Source of the DNA: a virus
Taxonomy: Duplodnaviria > Caudoviricetes
IMG/VR virus record: IMGVR_UViG_3300043499_000197
Span: 1,424-65,423 of that record
Length of the DNA stretch: 64,000 nucleotides
Strand: one strand, 5' to 3'
Positions 29,435-36,126 of the stretch are shown piece by piece. The notes below the pieces were generated by a model, which ran no database searches, was not told where the DNA came from, and saw nothing but the letters and a program-made list of their open reading frames with translations. The stretch's first letter is position 1; every line of letters begins with the position of its first letter. Made by a program: the position numbers and the translations under genes.

Positions 29435-29754
29435 ATGGACCTCCATTCCTGCATCTGGTCGTACTTCTTCCTGGTCCGCGTCGCGATGGCCTGGGTGTCG
29501 AGGTGGAAGTGCTCGACCAGGATCGCCAACTGGGTTTGCACGTCGGCGATCTCCTGCTCCAGCCACAGGCGGTTCGGCTTGCGGCTGATCGGCTCAACCT
29601 CGTTCACGCCCTGGATCAGGCAGCGCGCGACGGCGCTCGTGAGTTCGCCGAGTTCCTCCAGCGTCTTGCCCAGCGCGCGCAGGCTGTTGACATCGCGCTC
29701 GGGATACCACGGGTTCATCAGCGGGTTGATGTTGTCTTCTGCGGGAGTGATCAT
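29431..29754 (-). CDS. MazG-like nucleotide pyrophosphohydrolase
   Basis: KTLEELGEL...LEQEIADV (EExxE...ExxD). Confidence 0.75.
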   Translation of the reverse strand: MITPAEDNINPLMNPWYPERDVNSLRALGKTLEELGELTSAVARCLIQGVNEVEPISRKPNRLWLEQEIADVQTQLAILVEHFHLDTQAIATRTRKKYDQMQEWRSM

Positions 29755-29963
29755 GGTCTGGTGTCCTTTCGTTCGGGCCTCGTAGGCAGTAGGGCTTCCA
29801 CGACAAGGAAGCTGGCCAGCATGCGCTGGCGCTCGTCGATGGCTTCCTGGTCCTTTTCATCCCATTCGGTCAGCCGGTACTCGTACTCTTCGATGGCCGT
29901 GCGCACGGCATCGCGCAGGTCGCCCAGGCACGACACGGGCAGGGAGAATGTCGGCCGGGTCAT
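29751..29963 (-). CDS. Hypothetical protein
   Basis: 70-aa ORF, ATGA overlaps. Confidence 0.6.
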   Translation of the reverse strand: MTRPTFSLPVSCLGDLRDAVRTAIEEYEYRLTEWDEKDQEAIDERQRMLASFLVVEALLPTRPERKDTRP

Positions 29964-30166
29964 GGCGCACGCTCCAGTTCGCCGATCAGGTACAGCACCT
30001 GCGACTCGGCCGCGATCACTTCCTCGTCGCGGCCCTTGGGGGCCTTGGCGATCAGGTCACCGAAGTAGGTGGCCGCTTTCTTCAAGCCGAACGCGGTGCA
30101 GTTGTCCAGGTAGCTGCCCAAGGTGGAAGGCTGGCCGGTGGAGAGCTTGCGGATCTCGTCGGTCAC
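29960..30166 (-). CDS. Hypothetical protein
   Basis: GTG start after AAGGAAGG; GTGA overlap. Confidence 0.6.
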   Translation of the reverse strand: MTDEIRKLSTGQPSTLGSYLDNCTAFGLKKAATYFGDLIAKAPKGRDEEVIAAESQVLYLIGELERAP

Positions 30167-30393
30167 TTCGCACCTTCCTTCTTCAGCCGCTCGCGGTGGT
30201 CGCGGATCAGGCGCGCGATCCACTTGCCCGCGCACTGCAGGTGCAGGTGCGCCTCCAGTTCGTGGCCCTCCTCGAAGTACTGCACGCGGTAGCGCGCAAC
30301 ACCGGGGTAGGTGGGGTCAGGGCACTCGATGCAGGGTTTGAGCGTGCGGGGCTTGCGCGCGACGCTCAGGTTGCGGATCAGGATGTCCGTCAT
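30163..30393 (-). CDS. Hypothetical Cys/His protein
   Basis: Preceded by CCTCACCAAAGGA; CIEC...HLQC. Confidence 0.65.
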   Translation of the reverse strand: MTDILIRNLSVARKPRTLKPCIECPDPTYPGVARYRVQYFEEGHELEAHLHLQCAGKWIARLIRDHRERLKKEGAK

Positions 30394-30417
30394 ATCGTCC
30401 TTTGGTGAGGTGGAGAA

Positions 30418-30840
30418 TCATTGGGAGGGGGCCGTGCCTGCACGTTCGATGACGGCTTGCATCAGTGGCACCATGTCCATGTATTGTTTGCCCGACTCCA
30501 GTTGCAGCATCATCGCGAAGGCGTCCAGCACCTTGCCCTGGTTGGTGATGATCTCGTCGCGCATGGCCAGCCCCTGCACGGCAGCGTTGGCATGCTCGAT
30601 CGCGTTGCGCAGCGTGTCCATCGCAGAGAAGATCTGCGTCGTGGCCTGCGAGGGCGTCTCGGGCACCCCCAGGTCCAGGCGCTGGAGGATCTGCTGCACC
30701 GTTCCCTTCCAGTCTCCCGCGATCGGCGGCGGCTCCTGGGCACGGGTCATCCAGGCATGGGTGATGCGGTCTGCGACGGCATCGTTGGGGTCGATGCCCT
30801 GCTGCGCGAAGTAGACGCGGAGTTTTTCTTGTTCAGTCAT
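30418..30840 (-). CDS. Hypothetical protein
   Basis: 140-aa ORF with coding-like codons. Confidence 0.7.
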   Translation of the reverse strand: MTEQEKLRVYFAQQGIDPNDAVADRITHAWMTRAQEPPPIAGDWKGTVQQILQRLDLGVPETPSQATTQIFSAMDTLRNAIEHANAAVQGLAMRDEIITNQGKVLDAFAMMLQLESGKQYMDMVPLMQAVIERAGTAPSQ

Positions 30841-31070
30841 GGTGGGGGTGGTGGTTGGGCAACGATGGTGTAGGTGGTGTAGTAGCTGTCCACTTTCTTC
30901 TCCACGATCAGCACGCCGGACGTCAGGTTGGCCGGGTGCTTGATCGAGTGCGGCACGGTGGCCGTGGTCTTGCCGGTGGACAGGATCAGCGCAATGAATT
31001 GCGCATAGAGTTCGTCGTAGTCCGCACGACTGGGCGGCTGGTTGTTGGGCACGAGGTAGCGAGCCGTCAT
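30837..31070 (-). CDS. Hypothetical protein
   Basis: MTARYLVP...; ATGA overlaps. Confidence 0.6.
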   Translation of the reverse strand: MTARYLVPNNQPPSRADYDELYAQFIALILSTGKTTATVPHSIKHPANLTSGVLIVEKKVDSYYTTYTIVAQPPPPP

Positions 31071-31753
31071 TTTTTCAGGCCGGTGCGCAGGTCGCGCGCC
31101 ACGTTGCTGGCATACGCATAGCTCTCGCGCGTGCCCTTGCTGGTAGCGTCGTGGGTGCGCGTGAACTGGCCGGTCGAGCCCATCTTCTGCGCCTGCTCGA
31201 AGGCGTCCTGGTTGGACATCAGGTAGACGAACTTCCAGCCGGTCTGCTCGGCCATCTGGGTCATGGTCTTGATCGTGTCCAGCTTGAATTCCTTGCTGGC
31301 ATTCTCGTGCCCGTCCGTCAGGATGGCCACGATCACCAGTTCGGCCCAGCCTTCGGCCTCGATGCGCGGGCGCTGCTCGTTGAGCGTGTTGCCGATGGCA
31401 TCGTAGAGGGCCGTGTTGCCGCTGGGCTGCAGGTTCAGGCGCATCGGCTGCTGGATGTCCTGCGCTTCGAGCGAGCGGCTGGTGGCGTCGGAGAACTTGA
31501 CCAGCGTCAAGCGTGCTTCGCCGGGCACCTTGCGCTGCTCTTCGATGAAGGTGTCGAACGAGCCGTTGGCGTCGTCCTTGAGCGGGGCCATCGAGCCGGA
31601 CTGGTCGGCGATGAAGAGGATTTCGGTTTTCAATTGGAGTGGTCCTGTAGTGAGGTTGGGATAGGTTTTCTGCATCTCTTGCCACACTGCGTTGTCACGC
31701 GCAGTGGGGAAGTAGTCGATGGGCGGCGGGTCACGCCGGCGGCGCCGACGCAT
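31067..31753 (-). CDS. von Willebrand factor A (vWA) domain protein
   Basis: MIDAS DQSGSM, TALYDAIG, ILTDGHENAS; start uncertain. Confidence 0.85.
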   Translation of the reverse strand: MRRRRRRDPPPIDYFPTARDNAVWQEMQKTYPNLTTGPLQLKTEILFIADQSGSMAPLKDDANGSFDTFIEEQRKVPGEARLTLVKFSDATSRSLEAQDIQQPMRLNLQPSGNTALYDAIGNTLNEQRPRIEAEGWAELVIVAILTDGHENASKEFKLDTIKTMTQMAEQTGWKFVYLMSNQDAFEQAQKMGSTGQFTRTHDATSKGTRESYAYASNVARDLRTGLKK

Positions 31754-31759
31754 CGTGGG

Positions 31760-31966
31760 TCAGGGATTCAGGATCCGAACCGGTGGCTGGTGGGCCAGCA
31801 GCGCAACCTGCAGCACCCCGGCCGCGGCATCCATCTTCGGCAGCACTTCGAAGTAGGTGCCATCCGAGTCGCGGTGCAGCTTGTGCACGCCGTGCCAGCG
31901 CGCGCCGATGCGCACCTTGGGCCTGGGGCCGGGGTCGATGGGCTCGCGCACGGTGTCGTAGATCAC
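31760..31966 (-). CDS. Hypothetical protein
   Basis: GTG 31966 preceded by CCTCACCACAAGGA. Confidence 0.55.
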   Translation of the reverse strand: MIYDTVREPIDPGPRPKVRIGARWHGVHKLHRDSDGTYFEVLPKMDAAAGVLQVALLAHQPPVRILNP

Positions 31967-32220
31967 GGGGAGTTCCTTGTGGTGAGGGTGTTTACATTTT
32001 GCACTGGGCGGAAGACGCATTGGAGTTCGAACAGCTTCTTTATCAGCACGTCGTACTGTTCGTGGCGCATGCCGTGCGAGCGCGTCAGCAGGCTGTGGAT
32101 TTGCTGGAACACCTTGAACGCATGCTCCATGCGCTGGTCCAGCGCGTCGCGTTCGAGCACTGTGCGCTGCAGTTTGTCCTGCGTGTCGAGGATCTGTTGC
32201 GCGAACTCCACCGGGCTCAC
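31963..32220 (-). CDS. Hypothetical coiled-coil protein
   Basis: 85-aa ORF, GTGA overlaps. Confidence 0.6.
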   Translation of the reverse strand: MSPVEFAQQILDTQDKLQRTVLERDALDQRMEHAFKVFQQIHSLLTRSHGMRHEQYDVLIKKLFELQCVFRPVQNVNTLTTRNSP

Positions 32221-33149
32221 TCGATCTCTCCGCAGATCGCGCGCAGTTCCTCGGGCACCGGCTCGGACAGCTTGATCAGCAGCGCGGTCAGCGTCCTGGC
32301 GATCACCTGCTCGACCGGCGTCGCCTTCAGCGGCACCGCGGCCTTGTCGAGTTGCTTGCCGGTCACTTCCAGCACCGCTTCGATCGAGGACACCGAGAGC
32401 GGGAAGGGGAACAGCGGGGCCAGCTTGGCATGCAGCTTGGGCCGGCTGCTGATGCCCTTCATGTCCATCGCCATCACAGCTTGGCAGACCTTGAAGAAGT
32501 TGGCCTGACCCAGCTTGGTCTTGTTGTGCTGGGTTCCTGCCAGCTTGGACTTGGCTGGCGCTTCGGTGCTGGCCGTGCCGACATCGGGGGGAGTGGTGGT
32601 CTTTGGCATCGTCTTGGGTGAGGAGGTTTTGGCGAGGGTGAGTTTGGTGGCGGGCATCTTTGCTTTCCTGGTGATTAACTTCTCGAGAACTTCAAGCGGG
32701 ACAGGGATGTCGATCTCCTGTTGTTGCGGCCTACTGGCGCCGTTGATGACGGCGTGCTCCAGGTTGAGCGGGGTGGCGTCATTCCCCACACGCTGCACGA
32801 TCTTCTTCATGAGCCGTGGGTTGTGCTCATTGACGACGGCCATGCTGGCCATCTCAACGTTGGACATGCGCTTGGGCGTGACGTCCAGCAGTTCCATCTC
32901 CATGAAGCCGGGCAGCGTGTGGCTGGCCTGATGCCCGCGCGCGAAGTGGCGCATCTGGTTGATGTTCTGCCGGTCGCTATGCGGGTCGTCGGTGCGGCTG
33001 ACCATGAAGCGGCCCTCGGTGCCGTCCGGGGCCTTGAGCATGACGTTGGTGCCATTGCCCGAACCGTTCTCAACGTGCATGAGTTCGAGATTCAGGGAAT
33101 CAAGGGTTCGTTTTAGCTGTTTCCTGTTCACGGGGGGGTGCTCCTTCAA
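32217..33149 (-). CDS. Hypothetical protein
   Basis: 310-aa ORF; true start may be the GTG near 33131 after AAGGAG. Confidence 0.7.
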   Translation of the reverse strand: MKEHPPVNRKQLKRTLDSLNLELMHVENGSGNGTNVMLKAPDGTEGRFMVSRTDDPHSDRQNINQMRHFARGHQASHTLPGFMEMELLDVTPKRMSNVEMASMAVVNEHNPRLMKKIVQRVGNDATPLNLEHAVINGASRPQQQEIDIPVPLEVLEKLITRKAKMPATKLTLAKTSSPKTMPKTTTPPDVGTASTEAPAKSKLAGTQHNKTKLGQANFFKVCQAVMAMDMKGISSRPKLHAKLAPLFPFPLSVSSIEAVLEVTGKQLDKAAVPLKATPVEQVIARTLTALLIKLSEPVPEELRAICGEIE

Positions 33150-33161
33150 AGTTGATGTTAA

Positions 33162-33695
33162 CTAGGATACTAACACCGCTTCGGGCTGGTGCTGCAAGTG
33201 GACGATGAACTCTTCGAGCGTCGCCACGTCGGCGGTGATCGGCACCGCGGGCTCGACGCCGAAGAAGCGCGCGTAGAGCGCCGCCTCGGTCAGGCGCTTC
33301 CTGGCCCGCTCGTAGTGGCTCTTCTTGTACTCGCGCGCCCGCACCGCCTTGCGCAGGCTGGCCAGCGCATCCTCGGCGATGCCCAAGAGGTTCCTCTGGT
33401 GGTCCAGCGGCGCATCGAGCGAGGCCACGGCGATCGAGGTCAGGCCGGCTTGGCGGGCCGCGGTTCGGGCCGCGGCGATGTGCCCGCTGGTGGTCGCGGA
33501 GTAGCGCCGGTAGGTGGTCAGGCAGACCTGCCGCGGCGCGGCGGCCTCGACCGTGCGCGTCAGGATCGCCGCCACGCAGGTCTGGTAGCTGAACAGGCGC
33601 TCGCCGACGAACCAGACGTTGTTGTTCCGCCCTTCCGGGCGGTCTTGTGCGGCCCAGGCGTCGAACACCTGGGAGGAGTTGGTGAGGGGTTTCAT
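33162..33695 (-). CDS. Conserved early phage protein
   Basis: LFSYQT...YSATTSGH motif; start ATG 33695. Confidence 0.7.
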   Translation of the reverse strand: MKPLTNSSQVFDAWAAQDRPEGRNNNVWFVGERLFSYQTCVAAILTRTVEAAAPRQVCLTTYRRYSATTSGHIAAARTAARQAGLTSIAVASLDAPLDHQRNLLGIAEDALASLRKAVRAREYKKSHYERARKRLTEAALYARFFGVEPAVPITADVATLEEFIVHLQHQPEAVLVS

Positions 33696-33949
33696 GCTTT
33701 CTTCCTTGGTGATCGGCGACCACTGACTTTCTCGATGTTGAAGGTGCGTTCCTTGACGCCGAACGAGCTTCCGCCTTCCAGCTTGGTCCAATGGCCGCCG
33801 TGCTCGGTGCTGCCCTGGCAGAACTGCTCTTCGAGGAACTCCTGCACCGCGTCCGGGTCGTCCAGGTCCAGGTCGTCGGGGATCTTCATCTGCATGTGGG
33901 TGATCTCCTCGATCTCCTCATAGCACTTGACGTTGAGGGTGCGGGTCAT
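33692..33949 (-). CDS. Small acidic protein
   Basis: MTRTLNVKCYEEIEE...DDLDLDDPDAVQEFLEE. Confidence 0.65.
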   Translation of the reverse strand: MTRTLNVKCYEEIEEITHMQMKIPDDLDLDDPDAVQEFLEEQFCQGSTEHGGHWTKLEGGSSFGVKERTFNIEKVSGRRSPRKKA

Positions 33950-34314
33950 TGGAGTTCCTTCGGGATGTCGATCTCTTCGCCCAGGCGGCTCGCGACGTAG
34001 CAGCGGTAGACGGCGACCATGGCGGTGGGGCCGTCGATAAAGGGATGCTTGCGGCTGGGATCGGACAACCAACCTGGGTACTGTGCTGACCAATGACCCG
34101 CGTCGGATTGAAATACGCTGATGCGCTTGTGCTCGATCAGCGTCATGCAGGCATGCTGGCTGGTTTGGTAGTTGGCCCGGCACCAGTAGCTGTGGTTCGG
34201 GGTCCGGTAGAAGATCACGGTCTCTTCGCCCTGGTGGCAAACCTTGGGCTCCCAGCCATGGGCCTTGACCACCGCCCATTCGAGTGCAAGGCCGTCGAGG
34301 TTGGCGGTCTTCAT
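33946..34314 (-). CDS. NinX/DUF2591-family protein, paralog 1
   Basis: LDGLALEWAV...GPTAMVAVYRCYVASRLGEEIDIP. Confidence 0.8.
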   Translation of the reverse strand: MKTANLDGLALEWAVVKAHGWEPKVCHQGEETVIFYRTPNHSYWCRANYQTSQHACMTLIEHKRISVFQSDAGHWSAQYPGWLSDPSRKHPFIDGPTAMVAVYRCYVASRLGEEIDIPKELQ

Positions 34315-34340
34315 TGGAGTTCCTTCGGGATGTCGATCTC
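33946..34340. repeat. 30-bp exact direct repeat (33946-33975 and 34311-34340)
   Basis: TCATTGGAGTTCCTTCGGGATGTCGATCTC twice. Confidence 0.9.
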
Positions 34341-34676
34341 GTCGCCCAGCCTGTGGTAGACGTGGCAGCGCATAGCGGCGATGAGGGGGGTGGGTCCGCA
34401 CACCTTAAACATCTCCATTGGCCGTAGAAACGAGTTCCATGCAGCCTCGCCGCTGTCGTGCCAAGGGTAGACCACGATCCTTTCGCGCTCGATGATCGGG
34501 CCGCCCCAACCCCAGTTGGTGGAGGGATCGAAGTAGTCGATCACGTCGCTGACGTGGATGCCGTTGAACCGGCGGCGGATGGCGATGATCCCAGATGGGC
34601 TCACCGCCACCTCATGCCCTTCGGCCAAGCCCGCTGCCCAATCCAGGGCGGGGCCAATGAGGTCGGCGGCTTTCAT
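34311..34676 (-). CDS. NinX/DUF2591-family protein, paralog 2
   Basis: LIGPALDWAA...PSTNWGWGGPIIERERI...GPTPLIAAMRC. Confidence 0.85.
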   Translation of the reverse strand: MKAADLIGPALDWAAGLAEGHEVAVSPSGIIAIRRRFNGIHVSDVIDYFDPSTNWGWGGPIIERERIVVYPWHDSGEAAWNSFLRPMEMFKVCGPTPLIAAMRCHVYHRLGDEIDIPKELQ

Positions 34677-36094
34677 CACAGCCCCATCAGCTTGGCGAGC
34701 ATCTCGTTGTCGGCCTGCAGCCGCGCGTTCTCGCGCATCAGCCAGACGATGCCCTCGACCGCCCACACCGAGTCGCTGTACGTGGCATCCTCGATCTCGG
34801 CGAACGTCATGCCGTGGAAGGGGTTGTCGAAGCCGAGCAGCGTGGCCGTCTTCTCGCCCGGCTTGGCCGTAGGCTTGGCCGCGGGTTTCGCACCGTTCGC
34901 CTTCTTCTGCTTGCCCCACTGGCGCTTCAGGTCGTCGTCATCGAACAGGTCGTCCATGCCGGCGAAGCGGCTGCCCTTGAAGGCCGCGCCCTTGTAGCTG
35001 GGCACCGGGTCCTTGGCGGCCGGGTCGCGGTCGATCGGCAGCGCCTCCCACTCGATCTTGGGCAGCGCCTGCGACATCGCGAACAGGTGCGCATAGTCGA
35101 GCGTCTCGCCGCGCGTGTGCGCCATGTCATAGCCGCACGACAGGTTGACCACCTCGGGGATCAGCTTGCGGTAATCCTTGACGTCGGTGTAGGTGCCGGT
35201 CGTCGATTCCTTGTAGTCGAAGCCGTGCTTGGCCAGCATGTCACCCAGCCGGTGGGTGAACTTCGACGACGCGCAGCGCATGCCGCCCTGCACCGTCACG
35301 ATGTCGCCGGTGTCCTTGCGGTCGAACGCCACCGCGCACTGGAACTGGCGCAGCCAGCCCGCGATCTTGTCGGCGTTGGCCTTGGCACTCACGCCCCCGC
35401 ACTCCTCGCCGCGGTGGAACAGGTAGGTGCCGGGGCAGCCAGCCTCGATCATTTTCAGCATCAGCCAGATGCCCGCCGTGTCGTCTGCGCCCAGGCAGTT
35501 GCCGACGCCACTGCTGTCCAGCGCGATGGTGCCGAACACTGGATCGTAGGTCAGCTTCTTGCGGCTGGCCGGGTCCAGCATCTTGCCGTCCACGGTGTCC
35601 ACGTGGCAGGAGAACAGCGTGGTCGAGTAGATCGTCGGGGTGTTGGCCACGGTGTCGCATTCCGCCAGCGGGATCGTGACCGAGAACGAGCCGGCCTCGC
35701 GCTCGGTGATCACGTGCTTCAGGTCCTTCACGATGTAGGTCTGCAGCCATCCCGTGAACGCCTTCTCCTCGGGCGAGTCGTGGCAGCGCGGCGTGCACAG
35801 CATGCCCACCAGCAGCGGATCGACTTCTACGGGCACCTCGTGCTGGGGCAGCATCACGCCCTTGGCCTCGACGGTCTTGGACCCGGTGCCATGCGGGTAG
35901 ATCCACTTGGCCGGGCTCGGATCGGGGGTTGGCGCGGGGGCGGGTGCCGGGGCCTTGCCGAAGGTCTGCTCCAGGTGCGCGGTCAGCTTGTCCACCGGGC
36001 CGGTGGCCAGGATCGTCGCCGGCAGGTTGGCTTGGGGCGTGGCGCTGTCCACAGTCTTATCCACAGTGTTGGGCTTGGTGGTGTCGTCGGTCAT
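34676..36094 (-). CDS. Zn-dependent peptidase, M28/M20/M42 clan
   Basis: CHVDTV, LGADDTAG, GEECG, FDR, YTD, NLSCGY...H ligands; start at MTDDTT. Confidence 0.85.
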   Translation of the reverse strand: MTDDTTKPNTVDKTVDSATPQANLPATILATGPVDKLTAHLEQTFGKAPAPAPAPTPDPSPAKWIYPHGTGSKTVEAKGVMLPQHEVPVEVDPLLVGMLCTPRCHDSPEEKAFTGWLQTYIVKDLKHVITEREAGSFSVTIPLAECDTVANTPTIYSTTLFSCHVDTVDGKMLDPASRKKLTYDPVFGTIALDSSGVGNCLGADDTAGIWLMLKMIEAGCPGTYLFHRGEECGGVSAKANADKIAGWLRQFQCAVAFDRKDTGDIVTVQGGMRCASSKFTHRLGDMLAKHGFDYKESTTGTYTDVKDYRKLIPEVVNLSCGYDMAHTRGETLDYAHLFAMSQALPKIEWEALPIDRDPAAKDPVPSYKGAAFKGSRFAGMDDLFDDDDLKRQWGKQKKANGAKPAAKPTAKPGEKTATLLGFDNPFHGMTFAEIEDATYSDSVWAVEGIVWLMRENARLQADNEMLAKLMGL

Positions 36095-36126
36095 CTTGGT
36101 CTTTCGGGTTGGTGAGGGGTTGCGGC

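Noticed and set aside
24456-29754. Z-base (2-aminoadenine) or other DNA modification system
   Set aside because: PolA and a MazG-like gene are present, but no PurZ, HD dATPase, methylase or glycosyltransferase was recognised
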